Source: Eledone cirrhosa (taxonomy: Eukaryota). From it: a stretch of DNA of 64,000 nt. The stretch spans positions 56,048,001 to 56,112,000 of the forward strand of contig OZ024746.1 of assembly GCA_964016885.1 (NCBI GenBank), read 5' to 3'. This document shows, piece by piece, positions 27,148 to 41,039 of the stretch; position 1 is the stretch's first letter; each line of letters opens with the position of its first letter. The notes below the pieces were generated by a model. The model saw nothing but the letters and a program-made list of their open reading frames with translations, was not told the DNA's origin and made no database searches. Made by a program: the position numbers and the translations under genes.

Positions 27148-29029
27148 GATGAATGTTCTTATCAGTTTCGTCATCCTTTACATTCTACATTTGCTCTGCC
27201 AAATTTCATTTCCTTCCACCATTGTTACCCCCAATCGGAATTATAGATATAATAATTAACGTTCTTCAGTTGTTCTGTGGTTCTTTATCTGTGATAAATA
27301 AAAGCCATTCAACCGTCTCAGCTTCCCACCGCCATAATCTATTTAAAACTATTCAGCTTTGCATTTGTAAAATTCTTCAACTAATACAAAACAAAACGAT
27401 GGAAAGCGAATAATGACAGTGAATGACCGAGGTATGTCAATTTCAAGTGCAAAAACAGATATAATTGTAAAAAATAGAACTGTATAAATTATGTTTTAAA
27501 TTAGAATAGAACATATTTGTAATTTTAATCACAAATTTCGCCAAGAATTTATATTCTGAAAATGGACGTGACACTTCCTCTACATCTAGCCACAGTAGAG
27601 CTTCAGATTTGAGTCACAAGATTAACAGTAACAACGTTACCCGCAACGCTGTCGTCACTGTCACCATTATAGAAATTAACACTAAATCACCATTGCCAAC
27701 AACAACAGAAGCAATCAACAGTAACATTAACATCAACAATAGCATTAATAAGAACAGCATCAACAGAAAAATTGTAATTGAAATGGACGTAAAGAATTAA
27801 TGTATAAAGACCGACGTGGCCTAAAAGATAGATAGGCTGTCGCCAAATTCACACAGGTTCTTCGCTACAATCCAGCTACCCTTTTCTTGGGTGCAGCAAA
27901 AAAGCCTGACAAATTTTTAATAAGGAAAATAAAGTAACGTCTGCCTAGCTGAGGGTAAAACGGAGGAGCAACAGAATCAGCTTTACACTTCTATTCAACA
28001 TGATGGGCACGCATCTCGTCGTACGGCTACATACCGTAAGATTGTAGTAAGTAACGCCGGGTGGTGCTGTCAAACGAAACTCAAATAATATTAAAAAAGT
28101 CTGTAGGTGCGGTGTGGAAAGCAAAACTCATATAGCCAGAGGCAGAACATTTGGTACATTAGTCATGTATAGACTTTATGCATGGCATCCAAATGCCCGT
28201 GAACGTTGATCGCAGAAAGCGAAAGCGTCATGATTATGGGGCAGAAATTCACCTGAAGGGTTTCAGCCTACATGAGACCACGAAGGTTACAAAGATCCCT
28301 CTGCTTTCAACACCTAATCCTATGCCGAAAACAATTAACCCACCGGCGGCAATAAAAAACACAATAAAACCACCACAAACATTAAAATCACCATGCTAAA
28401 CGGAATGAACCAGCAGCACTTGTAAAACCGGGAAAAGGACGCAAGAAACAACATCACCAGAGACAACAACAACAACATTAACAAAATCACACATGAAAGA
28501 CATTCCTCACCCCGCCACAGTACACTCGGATATGGATTGTGGACCGGAAGAAGAGTGGCAAACGGTCACAAAAGTGAGCGAAACTATCAATCTTAAAGCC
28601 ATAGGATACAATACGAGAACGAACATTAACCTCATTACCACCACCACCACCACCACCACCACCACCACCAGGGTAAACAGCCTAATCATCACGATCTCTC
28701 CTACTACAGACACTACTGGCATCAACATCATCGCAGACACCATACAACCAGCACCCACAATAATAAATGCAAACCAAACAAAAATATTCACACCTAATTT
28801 GTTATACAGCAATTAATCCAAACAACCGAAAATTACTTCACCTCATGCAGCACACATTTAGTTGTAAAGAAAATAATTATATTATCTCACTGAACATACA
28901 CATAGGAATTATATAGATTGATCAAAATATGCACAAGGATTTTTTTTTAATACACAAATGCAATTGTTGGCTACCTAGAATCCACATTTAAAATAATATA
29001 TAGGGATATTCTTATGGAAAGTGGATGAC

Positions 29030-29770
29030 GTAAACAGCAGGTTAGCCACTGTCACACGGAAAACACCGAGACGAAGCTAGCCCTGCAATGTCGAGCACAG
29101 GTTTCTAGCACGTACTTGCCTCTGTCATCTACTACGACCTGGTCGTCCCCTGTCCTGGTGGAAGTCTGACTGCACAGGTGAATTTTCTCCGTCGCATTTT
29201 GTGGAAGGGAAGCATAAAAAAGATCAGGGAATCCATTTGCTGACAACATCAGTTTCGTGGATGACTCGGTGGGTCATGGCTGTTAATAGGTAAATACGTG
29301 CTGAGGTTATGACATCTCCAAAATATTATTGATGGTGAACAGTTGTGGTCGCCTTTTACTAGATATTTTACGTAAACACTCCAAACGTGTTCGATCTCTT
29401 CAAATCTGTCTCCTGAAACTCGCAGCAGGTCGAAAGTATTGTGTAAATCAGGGCGTAGTAACGCTAGTGAAAATAGATGTGAGAAAGCGTGACGTTATTC
29501 AGAATTTCTGGATACTAGTTCTGCTCGAAACATGGTGCTAGTACAACGGTTGGCAATTGTTCAAATCTTGATAAGGGAGGCGAAAATATGCGATGCATCG
29601 TATATAGGCTAAGGAGTAACAAGGAGTGTGTTAGGGCTCTGATCACTTTAGATCAACCGAAAGCTTTCAATAAGTTCGACAATTGATACCAGGTAGCTCT
29701 CCTCAAGGCAGCCGATTTCCGTCCCGTTTTCAGAAGTTTGATCGCTCTATTGCAGATTGGCATCATCTCT
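29030..29770 (+). mobile_element. Tx1/L1-clade LINE RT fragment, heavily decayed
   Basis: ALITLDQPKAFNKFD..LKAADF.PVF..I motif, same family type as 18170-19600. Confidence 0.65.
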
Positions 29771-31428
29771 GAGGTCGGAGAATATTTTTACCCTTCTTTT
29801 CTCTTTTTGCTCTTCGCCCAGATATTCCTGCGAGGTTCGTTAGGGTAGAGTCCTCAAACATTCCTTTCAAAGGGTCCTATCAGAAGTAACCATCCCTAGC
29901 TGACGTGGGTCGACCTCAAAGCGAGACCAGCCAAGTTCATGGGTGTTATCCAATAATCTACTCCTAGGTCATTTGACGGGTGTTGTTTTTTTCCATCAAA
30001 TCTGTCCAGCGATTCTTTCCTGATACATTCTAACCACATGCCCATAGTATCGGGGCCGTGATTTCTAAATTCGGAGAAGTAGTGGCTCTAACTGGAGCGA
30101 CACTGACCTCCGAGATACGCACTCTATCGAGTTGCGTTACTCTAAAGACCGTTCAGAGGAACGCCATTTTAGCCGCTTGTATTCGTGATCGTATTCTTTC
30201 GGATATTACCCATGATTCCTGACCATATGTAAGAGTTGGCACAAATACCGAATTGAAGAAAGCGAATTTGGCTACCCATAAGATTTATTTATTGTTAATT
30301 GTCACTTTTTTTGGTTTTTCTTTCTTACAGGTGTATTTATATATCCCACAGTCACTTTTTTGTGCGTCCTTTATGTTTCGCCCATAGTGCCCAATTAAGA
30401 AATAGCTATTATACTTAAAGTAATGCCTCTACACCTCCAATGCCATATAAATTAAATCTAGTAAATGCACGTAAAAATATCAAGTAATCACCGTAATTAG
30501 AAATAAAATGCAACACCGCATTTGCAAACTTTTGTTACCGTTACAGGTAAAAGACAAAAATAAGTTGCAGCAAATGCAGCAAAATTGGATCAAGACCAAA
30601 TGTAACGGAGTCAATAAACGTTGCATTTCATTTTTTTGTACACAAACTCAATTAAAACTATACAAATATCAAAACAAAATTAACATATTGTCACCAAAAA
30701 TCTTAATACTTCATAATTATTAATTACAGTTGATAAAACGTGTAAATAATCCTTTGAAGATGGAAACAGATTAGTCATGCTAGAAATCGACCGCGTAAAC
30801 TTCAATCGGTCGGCGAGTGTGTTATGCTATTAAACTAAAGCCTCTTTTTACCCTCAGTTTAAAAGTTTTCAGCCTAAATCTAGAAATGTAAGCGACATTT
30901 TGTTAATATACGATGCAATGGGAAATTTTAAAATATAACCACTACAATGCAGATAACTAAAATAACATTTAATAATTACTGTTTGGAATATCTTACATGC
31001 GTCAAACGAAAAAAACAGTGCAATACTTTTCAGGCAGAACACTCAGCGATACCCGCTGTATCAGCCATTCAACATTAGGCTGTTATCGAGTAGGAAATCG
31101 GCAGTTCAGGGACTAACTACATCGGAGATATCAAGATATACGCACAACAATTTATAGGCACCGTCATTCCATATTAAATTGTTCAAAATAAAGATGTGGT
31201 TGCAGAATTGGTAGTATTAGGAAAATGTGTTGCAGTATTTAAATGCGACCTTTAGCGTTCCTCGGTTCAAATCTGACGGCAATTGAGTTTTCTTAACATA
31301 TTTCCGAGTGTAATCAACTAAAACTAACCATGTGTGTGAGTGTGTGCGTGAAAGAGAGATATATAGATACATAGATAGATAGATAGATATATAGATATAT
31401 AGAGGGAGAGATATGTATGTGTCTGCGA

Positions 31429-31431
<3 letters not shown>

Positions 31432-31521
<90 letters not shown>

Positions 31522-31550
31522 CGAGCGTGTGTGTGAGTGAATGTGTGTGT
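31432..31550. repeat. (GT)n microsatellite
   Basis: Direct inspection. Confidence 0.97.
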
Positions 31551-32324
31551 ATGTTTTTAAATATGTTTGTTATTTACACTGACAAAAATACTTATTTTCA
31601 TTCCATTGCAAGGGATGAACACTAGAAAATATAATATAATTACGTGGAGGAATTTGAAAGAATACTTGGAATAAACAGACTAACCTACGATGCAATGATT
31701 ATAACTTACTTCAATCTTATCGGATGAAATTCAAAGAATTTTGATAAAAATGAAACAAGTAAATGGAAAGAAAATAATGAACATATTTAATTGGATGTTT
31801 ACGCAAATTCATCGAAGTAAATATTTTCATATTTGCAAATTATTATATGTAAAATATATAGAATTTTAAATATATTCTGCTCTTTGCACTAAATGACATA
31901 CATGTCAAATGACACTTCGACTATATATTCAATATAATTCACTCGTACATAAATTATTAATTGGAATTTGCATATATGTAGGTCTATAAAAACACCACCC
32001 AAGGGTACATTCAGCATGAAAACTAAAGTGCTGCTGGCTAACATGATTATTCTAGGCGTTTCATCGATGTACAATTAAAAATAAATTATGTGCAAGTGGC
32101 TGAATATTTCACAAGCCTGTACCCGTAACGTAATGTAGGTATCTACGATATTCATGTGGCACAGTATGTTACAAAGTGGTGGCACTGAATTACAGATACA
32201 ATGCATCTTTTATTATCGTGTAAGTGTCTGGGCATTTCATAGAGGTATGAACTTTTAATGTAATTTTCTAGGTGATCCAGTGTGACAGTGTGTCTTTTAA
32301 AATTTTATTTAAAACTGTCACGTA

Positions 32325-32507
32325 GGATTGGCAGTATCGGTAGTGCAGCAGACACCATGCTACTGCAGCAAAGAGTTACGGCCCTTTGTGGTCTAAGTTC
32401 AAATCCTGCCGGGGATAACTTTGCCTTTCATCCTTAAGGGGTCGATAAAATAAAGTACGAGTTATGCACAGGGTAATTGTTGGCCTTGTGCCAAACGTAG
32501 AAACCAT
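32325..32507 (+). mobile_element. Nin/Deu-domain tRNA SINE, sense orientation
   Basis: GGATTGGCAGTATCGGTAG..AAGTTCAAATCC..GCCTTTCATCCTTAAGGGGTCGATAAAATAAAGTAC. Confidence 0.88.
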
Positions 32508-33055
32508 TATATTGTATATACACCACACCAAACAAATATATACATATATAGTTGTATTTGTTTGAGTGGATGTATATATATGTATTTATTTATACAAACA
32601 CACACACATACACACACGCGCGACACACATACACACACAGAGATACACACACACACACATATATATATACAGCAAGAGAGAGAGAGTAGGGGATATACAA
32701 GGCGAGTGCAAAGCAGTGTGAGATATATATAGGATCCAATAATATTTTTAAAGATTTTCATACAGCTATTTTGGTTGGAAAACTTAGAGTAATGATCCAT
32801 TGTGGAATATCGACAGATTATCAAAGGATCAAGTTCTCACTATTATGATTGTCCTATATCAGCATGGGAAATCAGAGTCCAAATAAACATACACACTGAT
32901 TTATCTGAAATCCCATGAGCTTTCGCTTGAGTACGGAGACTTTGGTGGAAATGTTGCTGGTGTACGGTGTTTCCCGTTTTCATACTTTTATTTTGTTTTC
33001 GATATTTGTGTATGTTTATTGAATGTTATCATATTCCTCTTAATATATATATATA

Positions 33056-33086
<31 letters not shown>

Positions 33087-33089
33087 TGG

Positions 33090-33450
33090 TGCTCCAACCT
33101 CGCGCTACACACACATATGTACTGTAATGTTGCAAGATCGTTTCAAACAACGTTTTTCCTCAGTCCTCCACTGCTTCAGGAATCTTGACATGATAATCAG
33201 TACTGTCCTGGCAGAATCTTCTGGCAATGAAAAAAGAAAGGGTTCCCCTCCCCACATTAGATTAAGTGGAAGATACTTGAAAGATCTTGTTCTTACACCA
33301 ATGGTAATAAGAAACCTCTTCTTTTTCTTAGAATATTAGAAGTTTTGTCATCTTTTTATCAATAATTGAAGTCAGAGAGTGAACATTTTAGAACATTTCA
33401 AAATCCAAGTGTTTGCTCAGTGGAAATACTAAACACAATCGACCACTTTT
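33090..33450 (-). mobile_element. Possible decayed PLE 3' end (EN C-terminus and degenerate hammerhead)
   Basis: Minus strand LSKHLD..NILRKRRGF; CTGAGGA-AAAAC-GTT-GTTT-GAAA-CGATC at about 33130-33170. Confidence 0.4.
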
Positions 33451-33824
33451 ATTTATATCCTTCCGTATTTTATTTTTAACTATTTCTCTTTCCACATGTA
33501 TGTAATACAATACACATACAATAGTCTACTCCATACGTTAATAATTATTACTATCTCTATAATATATTCCACCACATAATAATATACTTCTGTTTTATCC
33601 TAAGGAATCTAACACGTATATGATCTCGCTTATAAAAAATCATATCTGGGAGCTATTTCCCTTCGTTTTAATAGGTTTTCATAAACTAGAGATTCTGGCA
33701 CGCATTTCTTTTAAATGTATCGTATATATTCATATAAGCGTCTGAAGATTAGATCACAATTTTGAACCTCTTACGGTCAATATTGTGCCTTGAAACTTAA
33801 GTAGAACTTTTGTTTCGTTTATGA

Positions 33825-33857
<33 letters not shown>

Positions 33858-33877
33858 GTATGTTGGGTATAATAATA

Positions 33878-34090
33878 ATGGCTTCAGATTTAGGCAGAAT
33901 ACCAACAATTCGGGGTGAAGGGAAAGTTTATTAAATCGAACCGAGTGCGTTAATGGTACTTTATTACACCGCAAAAACGAAAGGCAAATCTTAACTCGAC
34001 AGGATCTGAAATTAGAACGTAAGGAAATGCAAGTATATGCTGCCAAACACATTGCTCGATGTTCTACTGATACTTCCAATCCTTTGCCCT
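33878..34090 (-). mobile_element. Diverged Nin/Deu SINE, long-tail type
   Basis: aatggcttcagatttaggca..gggaaag..ttaaatcga..agtgc..tggtacttta..gaaaggcaaa..ttaactcg. Confidence 0.7.
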
Positions 34091-34468
34091 ACGTAGAGCC
34101 CCTACTTCATCGAATCGAAATATTCTAACTCTGATACAAAGGAAACGTAGTCAAAATGTCTAAGGAAATAAACGTTGGACAGATTTCAGGGACACCCACG
34201 ACTTTGAATGGAACAATCATTTTCGGATGGGAATTGTGATAAAATGAAATCGATATGTAGGAGTATTCAGCGAATTATTATGGAAGTGAGATGAGAACGA
34301 CTGTATAGAAGAATAAGGTGAAGGGTTAACAGTCTAGTTTGTGGAATTAATTATATTTTCTGCTACAGGGAAGGAAAATAAAGCGAAAGAAGGGAAAATG
34401 AAGACCGTAAATTGAAAGGATTGGAAATGGGGGCTAACAGAGGGAAGATTGAGAAATGTGAGAGTGTA

Positions 34469-35190
34469 ATGATGGAGAGAAGAAAGCAAAAGGGGAATGG
34501 AGAAAAGTAGATGGAGGGAAGCTAATATAGAGGAAATGAGAGAGAAGTCTGAATAAAGTGAGGTAGGGGAGATGCTGATGCGAAATAGAGAGAAATAGTT
34601 GAAGGGGGTATCATAGATGAGAAAAGAGGTGGATAAAGAAATAGTTGAAGGGGTATCATAGATGAGAAAAGAGGTGGATAAAGAAAATGAAGGTATCCAT
34701 GGAGAGGGGGGTCTAATACAGAATATGTCTATAATGAATTGTGTGCTCGTATGCTGAAATGTTATAAAGTAGCGATAACATAAGGTAAATACATTTAAAT
34801 ACGGATAAAGAAGTTGCCATTGACCAGTATGAAGAACCGAAACCCATATATTCTAGCCACTGGCTAGTTGTTTTAATCCATTAATCCATGGGACCATGGA
34901 AACTCCGTATGAAATGTCTTTACCTTATGTATCGCTACTTTATAACATTTCAGCATATGAGCACACAATTCATTATAGACATATTCTGTATTATCCCCCT
35001 CTTCATGAATACTTTCATTTTCTTTATTCCCCTCTTTTGTCATCTATGATACCCCTTCAACTATTTCTCTCTATTTCGCATCTTCATCTCCTCTACCTCA
35101 CTTTATTCAGACTTCTCTCTCATCTCCTCTATATTAGTTTCCCTCCATCTACTTTTTTCTATTTCCCCTTTGCTTTCTTCTCTCCATCAT
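34469..35190. repeat. Long inverted repeat (arms ~34469-34797 and 34912-35190, ~115-bp spacer)
   Basis: Arms are reverse complements at roughly 90% by eye; the left arm carries an extra ~43-bp tandem duplication. Confidence 0.88.
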
Positions 35191-35194
35191 ATAA

Positions 35195-35521
<327 letters not shown>

Positions 35522-36864
35522 CAAACATATCGATGCATTCAAAAACAATCATTTCTTGATAATCTTTCGATTAATGAGGATCATTATTCAATCAGTCCAT
35601 AATTAACAGTAGAAATAATTGCCTTATCGCTGTAAAAGCTCTAATAATACATACGTAGCATCCTCTAAGGAAAAAACAAAAAAGTTATTGACAAAACTAT
35701 CCCACGGAATAATGAAGTAGAAATACATTGTCTGAAGGGGAAACGCAGTTACTCATATCATAATCAACAAATTGCAATGTATATAGTTTAAATTTACCTG
35801 TTCAGTGTAAAGTAAGTAATTCGAATTTCCCACTTTATATTTAGGATTTTATATAGGATTTTAAAGATTCAAACACTAGTTATTTTCTTGACTGGGCAAT
35901 GCTAGCAAGAGTTTTGTCTTATAAGCCTTGAATCTCAGATGAAATTTGTGCCGTACAAAGATCATTCCATTTTATTAACTCTATATATCCAATCTTAAAT
36001 AGAAAATCAAAAATTCTTTCCACACATCTGCATAAAAAATTACATTTAATTTACTATAAAAATGTTAATAATATTTATTTCTTAAGCATTAGACTTACTA
36101 GCGTATGATCCCTTATTGTCTCATATATCTGTATGTGTTTATAAACAGATGCTGGTTTGATATTTCTATGTTATCCGTATAGTTTTTGTTTTTCTGTCTT
36201 TGGGGACATAACATACTATTTGTGCCTTATGTTATATACATATTTTGTGGTTTATCCCACACACCCATCTGTCGTATAAATGTACGCTCGGTTTTTGTTG
36301 ACTTTTTTTCCGTATAATAGGTATTTAAATATATACGCAGGCAATAATTATTTTAGAGTTATATTTGCATGTAACCTTCTAGTATCTGTCCTTTTCTCTT
36401 TACCAAGAGATGTTTTTCTGAAGCGGTACGTCTTTTATGGTTTCCTTAGTTACTTACTTCGCCATATACATTGGTATTAGCAGAAAACTCACGCTATTTA
36501 ATTGGCTTATACTCGTTTCGTTTTCCGATGGGAATTTCATTTTTATAGTCTGTTATTCAATTTCTCGCGAGACAAATGTTTTCCGTTTTTGTTATTGACA
36601 TTTTGTTTGTTTTTTGTTATTCACATTTTGTTTTGCGTCCGTTGAGCTTCAAAAATAGAAGGTGGATCTCGAGGTTTATTGCGGAGGTTTACACATTTAT
36701 AGATGGTTGTACATTTGTGTGCATTCGAAATAATATTCTCCGGCATGGCTAGTTGGATTTACTACAGTTTTTCGGTATGAAACTCTTCGCTTCTCTGAAA
36801 GAAGTTAAATCCATCTTGGTGTTTGTTACTGTATTTTTTTTTTTTTTTGCGACACTATATTTGT

Positions 36865-37220
36865 ATGATGGTGGCTGGGTGCTACACGAGACTGCTGAGG
36901 ATGGCTCTGAACATTAATCAGTATACACTGAGGATGAAGAACTCAGAGATGTATGGGAGTTTCCCAACAGCCAGCTCTAACGTACCACAGAGGAGACATG
37001 CTCACCAACATCCAGAGTTGACACTGCCCTCAGTGCTCCTGTGGGAGCCCCTGCATGGACACACTAAAAGAGTGATGCAGAGGATTACATATGTTGATGC
37101 CCTAAGGACAGACGCAGGTCTCTTGGAGACGCAGGACATTGTAGCGAGGATGAGGGACAGAGGCCACTGGAGAGAACTCGTCCATGGATCTCGGGAATTT
37201 TACCTGCCCTAGATAGATAC
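36865..37220 (+). mobile_element. RTE-type LINE 3' end with short (TAGA) tail
   Basis: GCYTRLLRMALNI..LLWEPLHG..TYVDALRTDAGL..MRDRGHWR motif. Confidence 0.85.
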
Positions 37221-37492
37221 GTATTTGCTTCTTTGGCATTGGTAGCAATGTTGTTGTTGTTGACGACGACGGTGTTGATACTAGAGAAAATATGGACACA
37301 TTCAAAGTATGTAAATATATTTTGTTTGTCACTGCTTCTGTTGCTGCTGTATTTGTTGTTGTTGTTTTTGCCTTTGTTGTCAGTATTGTTGCTTTTATCG
37401 CTCTGTATGTACAATTACTACATGTTAACAATGTTTATTTTCAATACATGTGTTCCACTCACGATTTTGGCTTAAAGACCCTTGATAATTAT

Positions 37493-37612
37493 ATAATTGT
37501 TTCTACTTTTGGCACAAGGCCAGCAATTAACCTAGTGCATTACTGGTACTTTATTTTATCGACCCCGTAAGGAGGAAATGCAAAGTTAACCTCCGTGGGA
37601 TTTAAACTCGGG
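37493..37612 (-). mobile_element. Nin/Deu SINE, 5'-truncated, flanked by a direct repeat ACCCTTGATAATTATATAAT
   Basis: SINE consensus; ACCCTTGATAATTATATAAT at ~37479 and ~37622 is a probable target-site duplication. Confidence 0.85.
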
Positions 37613-39202
37613 CAGTAAATAACCCTTGATAATTATATAATATGAAAAATAAAGATAGAAACAAAATTAAGTAATGAGAACAGGAGGAAGAAGGTGTAAA
37701 GAAGGGCAGATCTGGCTGTATGGGGAAGTGGAGGAAACGACTATAAACCCTATAATGAGTGAAAAAGGAGGGGGGGAAAGCATAGACTCATGGGCCGCAG
37801 GACAGAGAGATGGAAGGGGAAAGGGAGAGAGTGTTAGGCTCTGCGCCCCGCATACAGTTCTACAAAAGCCTTTCTGTGGTCAATAGTCAGAGACACCCAA
37901 TGCAACACCCACCCCAACTCGTGGGGTTCTTTCCACAGACGGGCTACTAATGTTCCGATTATCCGGTAATGCCGGAGATCTCATACCCCGCATACGCGTA
38001 CGTCCCCCTGAATGAAGCAGCAGGGCAAGTCCCGGTATTTCTTTATCTTCCTATCATGTGCATTGCAGGCCGCACTGCCGTGGTTTCTGGTCGAAGCTAC
38101 TAAGTTGGAGGCGGAAAACGCAAACAAAAAAAAAGTAAATAAGATTACTAGTAGTTGTGTCTGCTGCTAAAAAAACTGCTGAAGTTTTTCCTCTCGTTCT
38201 CTTCCCGACTATCTTTAACAGCTTCTGAAAATGCTGACTCATCTTTGTTGCCAGTAACTGGACTGACTATATTTGAATTTTGGGGAAGATGATAATAAAA
38301 TCCCATATTGGAAAGCACTCTTTAGTTGTGATTATATGGAAAATATTTCTCCTGACGATAGAACACTACATTATGCAACAGAGTATAACAGAATTGTGTT
38401 ACAATTGTCGACAATTGTAAAACAAAATTCAAAATCTCACCAGAGGCGAAAACAGTTTGGATTGCACACTCATGTGCAAAACATATATATATATATATAT
38501 ATATCATAATAATAATGGTTCCTGATTTAAGCACAAGGCCAACACTTTTGGGGGAATAATTTTATATATATGTGTGTGTTTGTATTTATGGACACCTAAA
38601 TTTTCTAGTTAATGTTATTGTGCATATCAACTAATAATGGATTGCAAGTGACGCGTGTTAAGATGCCTGTAGGGATACTATTAATTAACATAAATTTGTC
38701 AGAGTTTTCTAGACTATAAATAGCAATATGCAAATACTATCTCCGTGCGCATAGACTTAGTAACATATCTCAAATATATTCGTAATAAACGTTTAAGCTA
38801 GTTATATATTCTCCTGGTTCTGCCCACATAAATAAAATGAGCAGTGGTTTATCAATGGCGTCAACCTTTCGCAGAATAGCTATAATCAATGAAAGCCCTT
38901 TTAATATAACTACAATCCACTTTATTTCAGTTGCTATGCTTAACAGTTTTAAACCTTCTTTAAATCGTATCCTGCCGCCTTAAAAAAATGTAATACGGCT
39001 TGTCTACTGTGGAACAAAGTACGGTTTATCTGAGTATAAAAAACTGATTGGTCACTACAAAAACAACTTAAATCGCTATGCTGCTTGATTGTCTTGACCT
39101 ATCTCCAACGAAAACAAACCTATATCTTCTACATGAGGTGACGACGCAGAAGCTTTAAAGGATCGGAATGATTTGGTTTTCGTGAACACAATATTAATAA
39201 AT

Positions 39203-39612
39203 AATTGTTTCTACAGGCACAAGGCCAGCAATTATCCAGTTCATTACTGGTACTTTATTTTATCGACCCCGTAAGGATGAAAGGCAAAGTTAACCTCGGC
39301 GGAATTGAACTCAGATCGTAAAGGGACGTAACTATGCTGGAAAGCATGGCGTCCAACCCTCTACCGATACTGCCAATCCACCGCCCTTATTAATAAATAA
39401 TGGTTTCTTATACAGGCACAAGGACAACAATATTGGGGAGGGGAAAGTGCATTAAATCGACCCCAGTGCGTCACTGGTACTTTATTTTATCGACCCCGTA
39501 AGGGTGAAAGGCAGAGTTAACCTCGGCGGGATTTGAACTCAGATAAAAAAGGGCCGTAACTCTAAGCTGCAAATCATAGTGTCCGACCATCTACCGATAC
39601 TACCAATCCACT
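39203..39612 (-). mobile_element. Head-to-tail pair of Nin/Deu SINEs (short-tail 39203-39388, long-tail 39398-39612)
   Basis: Two near full-length copies with A/B boxes. Confidence 0.9.
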
Positions 39613-41039
39613 ATATGATTAGAGGAATGTGAAGTGACAGTATCAACAGATTGTTGGACCTGAGAACTTGTGGTATTCGCTCTGTCTTTTTTTTTTCTGA
39701 ACTAATATATCCCCGAAATCTTGTGTGCAAAACACCTTGTTGGTAGAAGGCGACGTCTTGCGAATGTGTTAGACCCTCAGGTGATATATCTGTTAATTTA
39801 TTCCCTGCTCTTTACTTTCTGAGTTCAAATCCCCTCGCAGACTATGTGAGTCTTAGCACTAATTTATATGCGCTTTTATCAACAACACTTGACGCTAGGA
39901 TAACTTTTGCCGAGTATAATTTGCTACAAGTATATTTGACGGCATCTTATTCCCTCCCAGGAAAAATGAGACCCAATATTAATGGCTCATGGATACTGCC
40001 TTTCTCCTCAGATTAAACGATATGTTTTTTAATAAAAAAAAACTTTTAAAAAAACATGCAAGCACGGCAATATGGATTATAGCAGGAATGTGTATATTGA
40101 AGCAGTAATTGTACTGTGGCATATTTGCATTATTTTCTCTAGTTTTATTGTATGAAAACGACAACTTTCGCCACCACCACCACCACCACTACAACCTCAA
40201 TATCAATAATAGTAATAAAATCAATGTTTTCATAACAACATAACAATCATAAATACTAACGCAGAATATCAACCTTGAAGAACATAAGGATAATAAAAGA
40301 GAAATTTATGAAAATTTCTCAGAATGAAGGCATATGTTTTTGTGAATTAGGTCATTGATAATAGTGTTGAAAAAATATAGGACAAAGGATTGGTTTGGAA
40401 AATCATAGCTGTAAGAACCTAGTTTCCTTGTTTCTAAAAAACCGACCGTATTTTGCTTAATGGATTTTCTAGTAAGGTGGCTGTTAAAAATTTTATAAAT
40501 ACAATAGTATGTAATTTGAATATTTTTTCTTCTGTTATTTTCTCTTGAGTAAAGTCCTTATGAACAAATTTGAAATAAAAACCTTGTTATTTAGCTTAAT
40601 TTATAGCTTATAACATATGCTATTGATGTTGCTGAAATAAGCAGAAAGCTGGAAATGTTTTGAGGGAAGAGTATAGTCTATTATAATTATTATACTGTAA
40701 CATGTTTGTGTATGTAAGAATATATATATACGTATGTTTGTCTATGAGTGTGTATATGTGTGCGTTTGTGTGTGTGTACATATGTTTTTGTGTGTGCGCG
40801 TCTATGTGTGTATGTTTGTAAGTATTTATATGTATAACTCCGCATACATATATACATAGATAGATACGTACATACATCTATGTTTATGTGAGGCGGGAAT
40901 GTTCGCATGTCTGTATGTGTGTTTCGAGTTCTGTCTGTTCTGACAACTATTGTTACATTTTTATGAACAAAGAACCAGCTCATGAAATTATATCTAACAA
41001 TGCCTTATGTGTCAAGGCCTACTCTTTGAATTATAGATG

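Noticed and set aside
27750-28580. Possible LINE ORF1 remnant (EEEWQTV, Cys/His residues)
   Set aside because: Too decayed to support a call
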